Assembly (NCBI GenBank): GCA_041483995.1
Contig: JBGPGQ010000001.1
Coordinates: 1-41,054, forward strand
Direction: 5' to 3'
Origin: Bacteroidota bacterium
GTDB taxonomy: Bacteria; Bacteroidota; Ignavibacteria; UBA10030; UBA6906
Length of the DNA stretch: 41,054 nucleotides
How positions within the stretch are numbered: the first letter of the stretch is position 1; each line of letters begins with the position of its first letter. Position numbers and translations under genes: made by a program. Positions 1 to 11,397 of this stretch are shown piece by piece. A model generated the notes under the pieces. That model saw nothing but the letters and a program-made list of their open reading frames with translations. It was not told where the DNA came from and made no database searches.

Positions 1-8
1 ATACATCC

Positions 9-386
9 CTACCACAGACTCTTTGCTATAGTACTGCAAAACATTCCAACATCCTTTTGAACTTTAAGCAATTTTATTTTTTCGGCGGGTGTATTCTTCG
101 GCCCTGAAAAAACAAGAACCAGGGAGACTTGGCAAGAAATACGCTGAAGTACACCGTTCAGACTGTGGCTTTCACTTGAAAAAGCTTGCCTCATCAACCG
201 CTTTATCCTGTTACGTTGTGTAGCTTTATAGTCTTGGCGCCACACTTTGTAACCTACCCTGAAGCCAGCATGCTCTCTGTGCTCAAGAATAAAATAGCAC
301 CTCAGCAAATCACCGTCGATACGTGTTCCTAGGACGGAAACGCGCTTAAAGCTTCGATAACCTCTCAGCGTTTCCGGCTTTCTCAA
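9..386 (-). CDS. rnpA: Ribonuclease P protein component
   Basis: 125-aa ORF carrying the RnpA RNR-motif region ATQRNRIKRLMRQAF. It lies 31 nt downstream of rpmH, in the conserved rpmH-rnpA pair divergent from dnaA. The ORF-track start codon (384-386) reads TTG on the coding strand, and there is no in-frame ATG near the N-terminus. Confidence 0.85.
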   Translation of the reverse strand: MRKPETLRGYRSFKRVSVLGTRIDGDLLRCYFILEHREHAGFRVGYKVWRQDYKATQRNRIKRLMRQAFSSESHSLNGVLQRISCQVSLVLVFSGPKNTPAEKIKLLKVQKDVGMFCSTIAKSLW

Positions 387-417
387 AGCTTAACCTCTGT
401 TGTAAACGCCGATCGGC

Positions 418-567
418 TTAATGCCTTTCGTCACTAACAGAGAGTTTATGACGACCCTTGGCTCTTCGGCGCGATAGAACTTTTCGGCCATTTTTCGTGG
501 CCATGCGTTCACGAAACCCGTGCGTGTTCTTTCTTTTTCTGTTGTGCGGTTGGAATGTTCTCTTCAT
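418..567 (-). CDS. rpmH: 50S ribosomal protein L34
   Basis: Absent from the ORF track (49 aa). Hand translation of the reverse complement of 418-567 gives [49 protein letters not shown] followed by TAA. This is near-consensus bacterial L34. ATG at 565-567, stop at 418-420. Confidence 0.93.
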   Translation of the reverse strand: MKRTFQPHNRKRKNTHGFRERMATKNGRKVLSRRRAKGRHKLSVSDERH

Positions 568-949
568 GTCTGTGGGCTCTTACTTTTCAGCTAAAAGACT
601 ATATGGCAGGCAGAGCAAAAAAAGAGGGTTGTCCGGAACAAGACAATCCTCCTTGTGCTTTCCGCTACACTGGATTTGTGTTACAATCTATAAAACTAAT
701 GCCAGAGTTACAAGAAAATTATCAATAGTTGAGAATTTTTAGCTTGCGTACGTGTTGTTCTTGTCTTATAATCATCTGTAGTTAGAAGCACGCAATGCTG
801 GTTGATAACTTGTTTGCAAGTTTGACGGCGTTAGGCATTTGCTTATATCTGGCCTGTTGTTCTTAACCCCCTACGATTCGTCTATGTTCACAATCTTGTC
901 ATTCTCTTGTAACATATTGTGATTTATTCATTTCTATATACCAACAGGC

Positions 950-1043
950 TGTGGATAATGTCGGGACTAAATATGCCTGTGAAGATCGATTTGGGGTAGT
1001 GTGTTTGTATCTTTGTGGATAACCGGTTTCTATGTGTGGGTAA
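950..1043. promoter_or_regulatory. Cluster of three same-orientation DnaA boxes directly upstream of dnaA (oriC / dnaA autoregulatory region)
   Basis: TGTGGATAA (reverse complement of the consensus TTATCCACA) occurs at 950-958 and 1014-1022. A one-mismatch copy, TGTGGGTAA, is at 1035-1043. All three lie within 135 bp of the dnaA ATG, and the last two are spaced 21 bp apart. Confidence 0.7.
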
Positions 1044-1084
1044 CTTGGTTTTCACGCGGCTCTTATCTTTAAGGAATTCTCTAT

Positions 1085-2557
1085 ATGGAAGATGTTTCAT
1101 TGGCAGTGACTCAATCAATTGAAGTTGAGCGGGCTGGCCGTGCGTGGTCAGCCTGTCTCGAATTGGTACGCGAAAGCGTGAACACCCAAAGTTTCAAGAC
1201 TTGGTTTGAGCCTATAGTTCCGCTTACTCTGAAAGATGGCAAGCTAACGATACAAGTACCCAGTCAGTTTTTCTATGATTGGCTTGAAGAACATTACAGC
1301 GGATTGATCAATAGCACGATGGCGCGAGTTTTGGGGGCTGACACCAAACTTGAGTATTCGCTGCGAACCGAGGAGATGCCGCAAGACCTTGACCCCGGAA
1401 TTGTGCTTCGGTCGCCAACCCGACAGGACAATCGTACTTTTCCTCCCCAACCAGATTCGTTCCGTGTGCGGTCCACAATAGCTCAGGAGCAACGAAACGA
1501 AAATGATCAACCTGGTGCGTTCCAAAGTTTTCTAAATCCCCGATACACGTTTGACAATTTCATCAAGGGAGATAGTAATCAACTCGCGAGGGCTGCTGCT
1601 TCGGCGGTGGCCAATAATCCAGGCGGCACGTCGTTTAATCCTCTTGTGATTTACGGAGGAACCGGCCTTGGCAAAACACATCTTATGCAAGCTTTGGGAA
1701 ATTATGCTCTGGCGAACGGGCGGGCCAAGCGGGTCATTTATGTTTCTAGCGAGAAGTTTACCGTCGAATTTGTTGATGCGATCCAGAGCGATAGAATCAG
1801 TGATTTCTCTGCTTTCTACAGAAGCATGGATATTCTCATTGTGGACGATATACAGTTCTTTTCCGGCAAGGAAAAAACGCAGGATAAATTTTTTCATACT
1901 TTCAATGAACTCCACCAGATCGGGAAACAGATAGTCCTTTCTTCCGATCGACCGCCTAAGGAACTAAAGGGGCTCGATGATCGTCTGCTTTCACGATTTC
2001 AATGGGGACTTACTTCCGACGTTCAGCCTCCCGACCTCGAGACCCGTATCGCTATTCTGCGTAAGAAAAGCGAGGGTGACAACATCGACCTCCCGCAGGA
2101 TGTTGTTGAGTGTATTGCTAGCAACGTTACGACCAACATCCGCGAGCTAGAAGGATGTTTGATCAGCTTGCTTGCTAAGGCTTCTCTTGAGGGAAGACCG
2201 ATCACTGTTGATTTGGCACGTGAGGTTTTGAAAGTGGTTGTTGGAGACATTAAGTCTCCTATTACTATCGAAGAGATACAGCGTGTTGTGTGTGACTATT
2301 TCAACATCCCCGAGGATCTGATCCGGGCAAAAACTCGCAAACAGGAAATAGTGAATGCGAGACAAATAGCTATGTATATTGCAAAAGAACTGACTAATTC
2401 TTCTCTAAAGACAATAGGTTTGCACTTTGGTGGAAGAGACCACAGCACCGTAATTCATGCCTACCAGTCAGTGGAAGATCAAATGCGCCTTGATTCAAAA
2501 TATCAAGCAAATGTGCAACAAATCAGGCGTAGACTCAATCTCCTTGGCCGCGTTTGA
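1085..2557 (+). CDS. dnaA: Chromosomal replication initiator protein DnaA
   Basis: 490 aa. Walker A GGTGLGKTHL, Walker B ILIVDDIQF, C-terminal DNA-binding signature GGRDHSTVIHA. ATG at 1085. Confidence 0.98.
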   Translation: MEDVSLAVTQSIEVERAGRAWSACLELVRESVNTQSFKTWFEPIVPLTLKDGKLTIQVPSQFFYDWLEEHYSGLINSTMARVLGADTKLEYSLRTEEMPQDLDPGIVLRSPTRQDNRTFPPQPDSFRVRSTIAQEQRNENDQPGAFQSFLNPRYTFDNFIKGDSNQLARAAASAVANNPGGTSFNPLVIYGGTGLGKTHLMQALGNYALANGRAKRVIYVSSEKFTVEFVDAIQSDRISDFSAFYRSMDILIVDDIQFFSGKEKTQDKFFHTFNELHQIGKQIVLSSDRPPKELKGLDDRLLSRFQWGLTSDVQPPDLETRIAILRKKSEGDNIDLPQDVVECIASNVTTNIRELEGCLISLLAKASLEGRPITVDLAREVLKVVVGDIKSPITIEEIQRVVCDYFNIPEDLIRAKTRKQEIVNARQIAMYIAKELTNSSLKTIGLHFGGRDHSTVIHAYQSVEDQMRLDSKYQANVQQIRRRLNLLGRV

Positions 2558-2959
2558 GTGTCGATATCTACTTAAATGTTGACAACAGGTGAAAAACAGG
2601 TCTTATATCTTGTGTATCTATGTGAGTGCGTTGTTTACACGTTATCATTTTCGTTACACAATTTCGTCAGCGTCATCCTACATGAATAAATTTTATACAT
2701 ATTCACACTCTATCACCTAATAATTTTCTTTATACTGAGGACTCTCAGATCAACTTAATTGGTTACATACAATGATTCAAATTTTCTTTGTCAACATCTT
2801 AACTTCATATCTTATTACTCCTAATATATTATCTATACACATAGTATATATATAGTATATACTGCTCTGAACTTGGATTTATCAGAATAATTCATTAAAT
2901 TTAGACTGTTTTGTACTACTTCACTATACCTCATTATCTTCCTGCCATAGGAGAGCACG
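2558..2959. other. AT-rich dnaA-dnaN intergenic spacer, candidate DNA-unwinding element / second oriC half
   Basis: 402 bp non-coding. Hand counts of three 60-nt lines (2701, 2761, 2821) give 30%, 27% and 23% GC, against about 48-52% in flanking genes. It holds only degenerate DnaA-box-like 9-mers (for example TTATCTATA and CTATACACA near 2829-2841) and a tandem AT-rich 11-mer. Confidence 0.45.
2841..2862. repeat. Tandem AT-rich 11-mer (ATAGTATATAT / ATAGTATATAC) inside the dnaA-dnaN spacer
   Basis: Read directly from the sequence: atagtatatat at 2841-2851 followed by atagtatatac at 2852-2862. The second copy contains the palindrome AGTATATACT. Confidence 0.6.
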
Positions 2960-4075
2960 ATGAAATTTACTTCCAACAGTAGTGATCTCCAACGTACCCT
3001 ATCCAAAATGGGCAGCGTTGTTTCAACAAAATCTCCAATGCCTGTTTTAGAAAATATTCTTTTTGATCTGCGCAGTAATACACTTACAATGACAGCGACC
3101 GATTTGGAATTATCAATCATAGCAACATTGGATGTAACAGGTTCAGAAGATGGCACAGTAGCACTGCCAGCAAAACGTTTATTGGATACGATTAAAGAGT
3201 TGAGGGATACATCTACAACATTTTTAATAGATACTACAACGAATAAGATAAAAATAACAACAGATAATGGTGAGTATGTATTAACCGGAGAATCTGCGAA
3301 GGAATTTCCTCAGGTACAGCAGATTAAAACAACAGAGGATATGCTTTTAGAAAGTAGCTCACTTAAAAGAATAATTCACCGTACTGTATTTGCTGTAAGT
3401 GTAGATGAACTGCGCCCTGCGATGATGGGTGTCCTTTTACAGCCACGCGGAAAAGAAATAACAGCGGTGTCAACTGATGGACATAGGCTTGTTAAACTTG
3501 GTTTTAAATTGGCAAAAGCAACCTTGATGAAACGAGATGTTGTTATTCCAGCAAAGGCGCTTAATCTAGTGAATAGGTCAATTGAAAGTGGGGACGTAGT
3601 GTTGGGAGTAAACGAAACGCATATTAAATTTGTACAAAACAAACTGACGATTATTTCGCGCCTTATTGATGAAGCATACCCAAATTACGAGAGTGTCATA
3701 CCGCGGGAAAACGATAAGGTAATGACCGTTGAAAGAGATGCGATGGTTTCTTCTATCCGTCGTGTTGCTTTGTATTCGAGCGCAACGACACACCAGGTAC
3801 GCCTAACCTTAACCAAGGGAAAATTAGCAGTAAGTGCACAAGACATTGATTTTGGAGGTGAAGCAAAAGAGGGAGTTCCGTGTGAGTATACAAATGACGA
3901 CATAGAAATAGGTTTTAACGCAAACTATGTGTTGGATATACTCTCGCACCTGGATTCAGAGAAAATCTCGCTACGGCTTAGTTCACCAACAAAAGCGGGA
4001 ATAATTTCGCCCGTTGTACCCAACGACAGCGATGACATTGTTATGCTCGTGATGCCTGTGCGATTGAATAGTTGA
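2960..4075 (+). CDS. dnaN: DNA polymerase III beta sliding clamp
   Basis: 371 aa. Clamp-like N-terminus (MKFTSNSSDLQRTLSKMGSVV...PVLENILFDL), DGHRLV, YPNYESVIP, and C-terminal MLVMPVRL. A GGAG Shine-Dalgarno-like element sits 10 nt upstream of the ATG. Canonical position after dnaA. Confidence 0.96.
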   Translation: MKFTSNSSDLQRTLSKMGSVVSTKSPMPVLENILFDLRSNTLTMTATDLELSIIATLDVTGSEDGTVALPAKRLLDTIKELRDTSTTFLIDTTTNKIKITTDNGEYVLTGESAKEFPQVQQIKTTEDMLLESSSLKRIIHRTVFAVSVDELRPAMMGVLLQPRGKEITAVSTDGHRLVKLGFKLAKATLMKRDVVIPAKALNLVNRSIESGDVVLGVNETHIKFVQNKLTIISRLIDEAYPNYESVIPRENDKVMTVERDAMVSSIRRVALYSSATTHQVRLTLTKGKLAVSAQDIDFGGEAKEGVPCEYTNDDIEIGFNANYVLDILSHLDSEKISLRLSSPTKAGIISPVVPNDSDDIVMLVMPVRLNS

Positions 4076-4104
4076 ATTGTGGCAGGTTTTGCTACACATC
4101 CGAA

Positions 4105-4125
4105 AGCCCCGTCTATAGCGGGGCT
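4105..4125 (+). terminator. Short GC hairpin between dnaN and recF (possible attenuator or weak terminator)
   Basis: AGCCCCG (4105-4111) pairs with CGGGGCT (4119-4125) around a 7-nt loop. It is followed by GTTGTATATAA, which is only a weak T-tract. Confidence 0.35.
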
Positions 4126-4151
4126 GTTGTATATAATGAACGTCTGGCTGA

Positions 4152-5282
4152 ATGATAGTAACGGATGTACACATCAGGAATTTTCGGAATCACAGCGAAA
4201 GCACAGTGAATTTCGGGGAGGGGATAAATGGACTACTTGGAAAAAATGGACAGGGAAAAACAAACATACTTGAAGCAATTTCGTTTCTCTGTCTTACCAA
4301 AAGCTTTCATGCTGCGAATGACGCAACCGTGCTCCAAATCGGTAAGGACTTCTTTGAAGTAGAAGGTACGATTGTCAGCGACACGCATCTTTCTCATACG
4401 GTGCGAGTGACGTATACGCTTCCCGAGAGCGAAAAACAGTTTACGATAAATCATACGAGACCGGAAACGCTCGGGTCGGTGATAGGAAGATTTCCGGTTG
4501 TCATACTTTCGCCGGAGAACAACGCGGTTACATTTGGAGGCCCAGCAGACAGACGCAGGTTCATTGATCTGATTCTTTCACAACTCAGTCAAATCTATTT
4601 GGGAGACCTTATGGAGTACAGACAGGTTGTGAAGCAGAGAAATAGAATCCTATCAGAAGCCAGGCTCAACGGACGGGATTGCGGGAAAGTTATCGAACCA
4701 TGGAACATCAGTTTGGCGCGGTACGGAGGGAGGATTATTCTGCAACGAGAACGTTTTGTGAATGAGTTTCAACGCTATGTGGGTAGAGCGTACGCGGGCC
4801 TTGTGGAAGCCCAAGAAGAACCGATGATCGAATATGTCTCTTCATGCAAAATCGACGATCGGAACGGGGCAGATGCTATAGCGGCCGTCCTGGCAGAGGA
4901 GATTGAAAAAGCACACACAGAGGAATTACGACGCGGCCTGACGCTGGTAGGTCCACACCGGGATGATATGCGGATGAGAATCAACGGGATCAGCGTACAG
5001 AAATACGCATCGCAGGGACAGCATAAAACACTCCAAGTGGCCCTGAAAGTGGCGGAATTTTTCTATCTTAAGGAAAGGCGAAATGAAGCACCGATCTTTT
5101 TGCTGGATGATGTTTTTAGTGAGTTGGACCAGCGCCGGGCCCAGCATATTTTGAATCTTGTAGACAGCCTTGGTCAAACGGTGATCACAACAACGGATGA
5201 GTCCGCGTTTCATGGAAAGGTAAGCTGGAACGGAAGGAACAGAAAGTTTTATGTTGAAGCCGGTACGTGCCGCCCGGGGTGA
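4152..5282 (+). CDS. recF: DNA replication and repair protein RecF
   Basis: 376 aa. Walker A GKNGQGKTNILEAI, SMC-like signature SQGQHKTLQVALKVAEF, Walker B IFLLDDVFSELD. Canonical position after dnaN. Confidence 0.96.
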   Translation: MIVTDVHIRNFRNHSESTVNFGEGINGLLGKNGQGKTNILEAISFLCLTKSFHAANDATVLQIGKDFFEVEGTIVSDTHLSHTVRVTYTLPESEKQFTINHTRPETLGSVIGRFPVVILSPENNAVTFGGPADRRRFIDLILSQLSQIYLGDLMEYRQVVKQRNRILSEARLNGRDCGKVIEPWNISLARYGGRIILQRERFVNEFQRYVGRAYAGLVEAQEEPMIEYVSSCKIDDRNGADAIAAVLAEEIEKAHTEELRRGLTLVGPHRDDMRMRINGISVQKYASQGQHKTLQVALKVAEFFYLKERRNEAPIFLLDDVFSELDQRRAQHILNLVDSLGQTVITTTDESAFHGKVSWNGRNRKFYVEAGTCRPG

Positions 5283-5580
5283 CAGGGGAACACAAAAGAA
5301 ATCACCCGAGCACATCAGCTCTGCGATCGAAAGCTTTGTTCGAGGGTTGGGTCTCACGAAAACCTTGAGACAATATGATGTTGTGACTTCCTGGGGACCA
5401 CTCGTGGGGGAAAAAATTGCAAGGGTTACACAAGCGCAAAGAATGGAAAACGGAATTTTGTTTGTTGGTGTTTCGACGGCGCCCTGGCGGGCAGAGTTGG
5501 CGATGAGGCGGCTTGAAATCGTCGAGAAAATCAACAACGCAATGGGAAAAAAAATAGTAAAAGAAATTCGGTTTCGTTAA
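5251..5580 (+). CDS. dciA: DUF721 / DciA-family protein (candidate replicative helicase loader)
   Basis: 109-aa ORF in the conserved recF-DUF721-gyrB position. ATG at 5251 overlaps the recF 3' end by 32 nt. Small basic protein with the pattern SAIESFVRGLGL...WGPLVGEKIA...GILFVGVSTAPWRAEL, typical of DUF721. Confidence 0.75.
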   Translation: MLKPVRAARGDRGTQKKSPEHISSAIESFVRGLGLTKTLRQYDVVTSWGPLVGEKIARVTQAQRMENGILFVGVSTAPWRAELAMRRLEIVEKINNAMGKKIVKEIRFR

Positions 5581-5601
5581 AACACACTAGCGAAGAACTA
5601 A

Positions 5602-7683
<2,082 letters not shown>

Positions 7684-7730
7684 CTAAAAGAAATAATCTT
7701 ACCTGAATGAGTGTTTGATTAGGATTATGC

Positions 7731-10319
7731 ATGGCAACCGCAAACGAAAAAATACTTCCTGTCGATATTGAAGATGAGATGCGCGGATCGTACATCGATT
7801 ACTCGATGTCGGTCATCGTTGCGCGCGCGCTTCCGGATGTCCGTGACGGACTGAAGCCTGTACATCGCCGTGTTTTGTTTGGTATGCAGGAACTGGGGCT
7901 TGCAGCGAACCGGCCATACAAGAAGTCGGCGCGTATTGTAGGCGAGGTGCTTGGCAAGTACCATCCCCACGGAGATAGCGCAGTCTATGATACCATGGTA
8001 CGCATGGCACAGGATTTCTCCATGCGCTATCCGCTTGTTGATGGTCAGGGAAACTTTGGGTCTGTTGATGGCGACTCGCCCGCCGCAATGCGATACACAG
8101 AGGCCCGCCTCTCGCGTATTGCAGAGGAGATGCTGAAGGATCTTGAGAAGAACACGGTGGAATTTACACCGAACTTCGACGATACACTCAAGGAACCTTC
8201 TGTAATGCCGTCGATGGTTCCCAACCTTCTCGTCAACGGGTCCAGCGGCATCGCAGTTGGCATGGCAACCAACATTCCTCCACATAACCTCACCGAAGTC
8301 GTTGATGCCTGTCTTGCTCTCATCAAAGAAGACACAATCAGCAATGAAAAACTGATGAAGATCGTCAAGGCTCCTGACTTCCCAACGGGTGGCATTATCT
8401 ATGGCTACGAAGGCGTGAAGGATGCATACACCACAGGTCGTGGCAGAATAGTTGTTCGGGCCAAGGCAAAAATAGAAACAGGCAAGAACGATCGGCAGAG
8501 CATAGTTGTCACCGAAATTCCGTACCAGGTGAACAAAGCAAGCATGATTGAACGGATTGCGGAGTTGGTCAACGAAAAGAAGTTGGACGATATTGCCGAC
8601 ATCAGAGACGAATCAGATCGCGATGGGCTTCGGATCGTGGTTGACTTGAAGCGTGAGGCAAACGCTGAGGTTATTCTAAACAATCTCTATAAGCACACCC
8701 AGATGCAGACAACATTTGGCGTAATCATGCTTGCACTGGTTGAAGGTCGTCCGAAAGTGCTGATGCTGAAGGACATGATCGAGAAGTTCGTTGCCCACAG
8801 GAACGATGTTGTTGTTCGGCGCTCGAAGTACGAACTGGATGAAGCAGAAAAGCGGGCACACATTCTCGAAGGTTACGTTATCGCGCTTGATAATATTGAT
8901 GCTCTCATAAAGCTAATCAAGGCATCGAAAGACACTGAGACTGCAAAGCTCGGCATGATGAAAAAGTTCAAGCTGTCCGAGCTCCAGGCTAAAGCCATTC
9001 TTGATATGCGGTTACAGCGCCTGACCGGTCTCGAACGTAAGAAGATCGAGGACGAATATCGCGAGACAATAAAGCTCATCGAGAGGCTGAAAGCAATTTT
9101 GAAGAGCAAACAACTACAGATGGAAATTATCAAGGAGGAGCTCCTCGAAATAAAGAAAAAGTACGGTGATGAGCGGCGCACTGAAATTGTGTACAAGGCC
9201 GAAGAGTTCAGCATCGAAGATATGATTGCGGAAGAGGAAGTGGTCATTACAATCAGTCACAGCGGATTCATCAAACGTTTTCCAGTAAGCGGTTACAGGC
9301 GGCAGTCGCGTGGAGGAAGGGGAAGCACCGGTGCGACGACCAAGGAAGATGATTTCATCGAGCATATGTTCATCGCTTCGACGCACAATTATGTGTTGCT
9401 CTTCTCGGACAAGGGGCGATGCTACTGGCTGAAGGTGTTTGAAATTCCAGAGGCGAGCAGGTTGGCGCGCGGAAAGTCCATTGTGAATCTGATTTCCAAG
9501 GAACCCGATGAAAGTATCGCGTCGTATGTTGCGGTGAAAAATTTTGAGGATCCACTCTTTGTGGTAATGGTTACTGCGCAGGGACTGATAAAGAAAACCG
9601 CTCTCGAAGAGTTCAGCAACCCGCGAAAGAGTGGTATTGGCGCCATTGGGTTGGGTAAAGACGACAAGTTAATCGATGTTCGCCTCACAGACGGTAAGCA
9701 GGATATTGTAATTGGCACGCGAGAAGGAGTCGCCATTAGATTTCATGAGCAGGAGGTCCGGTCGATGGGAAGGTCAGCCTCCGGAGTACGTGCGATACGA
9801 CTTGAGAAGAAGGATAGAGTCGTTGGCGCTGTTGTTCTGCGGCGGGTGGGCACAACCATTCTCATTGCAACAGAGAACGGATATGGCAAACGAAGCGAGA
9901 CAAACGAGTATAGGGTAAGTCATCGTGGCGGGAAGGGTATTATTACAGTCAAGACAACCGAGAAGACCGGAAAAATGGTGGCGATAAAAGAAGTTGTTAA
10001 GAGCGATGATGTCGTGATTGTGACAAGCGGTGGCATTGTGATTCGTCAGCACGCATCTGATATCCGGGTGGCGGGAAGGAATACACAGGGAGTTCGTTTG
10101 ATACGACTCGATCAAGGAGACACCATTTCCGATGTGGCCGCTGTAATGGCCGAAGATGATGAGTCAGCCATTGAGGCGGTGAAGACGACAGAGGTGCTGG
10201 TCATCAAGCCGATTGAAAAGAATGCAGCGAAAGCCGCCGAGCCAACGCTCTTTGATCAGCCCAAACGGTCGATGAAGAAAGAAAATCCGAAGAAGAAACC
10301 CAAGCCGAAAAAGAAATAA
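7731..10319 (+). CDS. gyrA: DNA gyrase subunit A
   Basis: 862 aa. [22 protein letters not shown], catalytic-Tyr motif [10 protein letters not shown], GyrA-box-like SRGGRGSTG (supports gyrase rather than ParC). Lys-rich C-terminal tail. Confidence 0.98.
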   Translation: MATANEKILPVDIEDEMRGSYIDYSMSVIVARALPDVRDGLKPVHRRVLFGMQELGLAANRPYKKSARIVGEVLGKYHPHGDSAVYDTMVRMAQDFSMRYPLVDGQGNFGSVDGDSPAAMRYTEARLSRIAEEMLKDLEKNTVEFTPNFDDTLKEPSVMPSMVPNLLVNGSSGIAVGMATNIPPHNLTEVVDACLALIKEDTISNEKLMKIVKAPDFPTGGIIYGYEGVKDAYTTGRGRIVVRAKAKIETGKNDRQSIVVTEIPYQVNKASMIERIAELVNEKKLDDIADIRDESDRDGLRIVVDLKREANAEVILNNLYKHTQMQTTFGVIMLALVEGRPKVLMLKDMIEKFVAHRNDVVVRRSKYELDEAEKRAHILEGYVIALDNIDALIKLIKASKDTETAKLGMMKKFKLSELQAKAILDMRLQRLTGLERKKIEDEYRETIKLIERLKAILKSKQLQMEIIKEELLEIKKKYGDERRTEIVYKAEEFSIEDMIAEEEVVITISHSGFIKRFPVSGYRRQSRGGRGSTGATTKEDDFIEHMFIASTHNYVLLFSDKGRCYWLKVFEIPEASRLARGKSIVNLISKEPDESIASYVAVKNFEDPLFVVMVTAQGLIKKTALEEFSNPRKSGIGAIGLGKDDKLIDVRLTDGKQDIVIGTREGVAIRFHEQEVRSMGRSASGVRAIRLEKKDRVVGAVVLRRVGTTILIATENGYGKRSETNEYRVSHRGGKGIITVKTTEKTGKMVAIKEVVKSDDVVIVTSGGIVIRQHASDIRVAGRNTQGVRLIRLDQGDTISDVAAVMAEDDESAIEAVKTTEVLVIKPIEKNAAKAAEPTLFDQPKRSMKKENPKKKPKPKKK

Positions 10320-10324
10320 ACAAG

Positions 10325-10357
10325 AAAAGCCAGGCATGTTACTTGCCTGGCTTTTTT
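10325..10357. terminator. Bidirectional rho-independent terminator between convergent gyrA and the SPFH gene
   Basis: AAAA, then GCCAGGCA (10329-10336), loop TGTTACT, TGCCTGGC (10344-10351), then TTTTTT (10352-10357). The A-tract and T-tract flank a perfect 8-bp GC-rich stem. Confidence 0.85.
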
Positions 10358-10370
10358 CTGTGGCAGGGTA

Positions 10371-11264
10371 TTATTTTGTGTCAAGAATAACGGGCAATCC
10401 GTCCTTCCCCGACCCCACAATAACAACCTTTGCATTTGGTGAAGCTGCCAGTTTTTCTGTTGCCTCAATTCCCTTCCACCGTAGAAGCTGCTCACTGATA
10501 CCTGCGGCGACAATTGCCTGAAAGTCAGCGATACCTTTTGCTTCAATCCGCTTCCTGTCAGCCTCCTGTTTTTCCTTTGTAAGAATGAACTCCATCCGCT
10601 GACTCTCCTGATCCGCCTTCTGCTTCTGCTCTATTGCTTCTGTCAGTTGAGTCGGGAGCGAAACATTACGCAGGGGGGTAGACTCAATGAAAACACCCCG
10701 CGGTCCCACCGTTTTTGACAACTCTTCTTGAATGGCAACGCTCAAGCGCTCCCGTTCGGTGGAGTAGAGCGCGCTCGCCTGAAAGCTTGCTGTAACTGCC
10801 CGGCTGATTGAACGGAACTGAGGGATAAGTATGATGCTTTCATAATCACCACCCTGCACCGTCTGGTAGACTCTTGCTGCTGAATCAGCTTCGAGCCTAT
10901 ACAACGCGCTGATCTCCAAACCAATAGTCAACCCCTCCCGTGAAAGTACATTCATATTCTCCTTGAGCTCTTTGGTCTGTATGGAAAACTCGATTACGGT
11001 GGCAAGGGGATTCATCGGATTGATTCCAGCCGGCAATGTTTTTGGAGAAACAGTTCCGAAGAAGTTTACTACGCCTACGTGACCCGCGGGAATAATTGTA
11101 AAGAACTGAGACAACGATGCTGCTGCAAAGAGCAACGCAATCGTGCCGGAAACAAACGTAGCTGTGCGAAACATGGGGTTGTGTTCTGTCTGTAGTTTCT
11201 TTCGTGACGAGCGCCAGGCAACCAGCGCGATAACAGTAACAATCAGACAAAGTATGAATATCAT
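10371..11264 (-). CDS. SPFH / band-7 (prohibitin-HflC-like) membrane protein
   Basis: 297 aa. N-terminal TM segments, an SPFH core (IIPAGHVGVVNFFG...VLSREGLTIGLEISALYRL...) and a C-terminal coiled-coil-like EQKQKADQESQRMEFILTKEKQEADRKRIEAKGIADFQ. ATG at 11262-11264. Confidence 0.85.
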   Translation of the reverse strand: MIFILCLIVTVIALVAWRSSRKKLQTEHNPMFRTATFVSGTIALLFAAASLSQFFTIIPAGHVGVVNFFGTVSPKTLPAGINPMNPLATVIEFSIQTKELKENMNVLSREGLTIGLEISALYRLEADSAARVYQTVQGGDYESIILIPQFRSISRAVTASFQASALYSTERERLSVAIQEELSKTVGPRGVFIESTPLRNVSLPTQLTEAIEQKQKADQESQRMEFILTKEKQEADRKRIEAKGIADFQAIVAAGISEQLLRWKGIEATEKLAASPNAKVVIVGSGKDGLPVILDTK

Positions 11265-11397
11265 GAGAACCTCCTGTTAGAATGAACTGATGTTCGATGC
11301 GGAGACGACGTTTTTCCTCTACGGGAAAAACAATACGATTTAGACGGTCCGTGAAATTGGAAAGCGCAGGTAAGATAGGGATTATTCGGTGCAGATA

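Noticed and set aside
458-742. 94-aa plus-strand ORF in the rpmH-dnaA spacer
   Set aside because: Its 5' part is the antisense of the clearly real rpmH gene (418-567). It has no recognisable motifs and a low-complexity hydrophobic composition.
4926-5537. 203-aa minus-strand ORF antisense to recF/dciA
   Set aside because: It lies entirely inside two well-supported plus-strand genes and has no motifs. Long antisense ORFs are expected at this GC content.
7725-8285. 186-aa minus-strand ORF antisense to the gyrA 5' region
   Set aside because: It overlaps the most conserved part of gyrA (QRDR and catalytic Tyr). Arg/His/Cys-rich composition typical of antisense frames.
11310-11331. AT-rich 8-bp hairpin (GTTTTTCC/GGAAAAAC) between the T9SS gene and the SPFH gene
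   Set aside because: The stem is too weak and AT-rich to call a terminator with any confidence.
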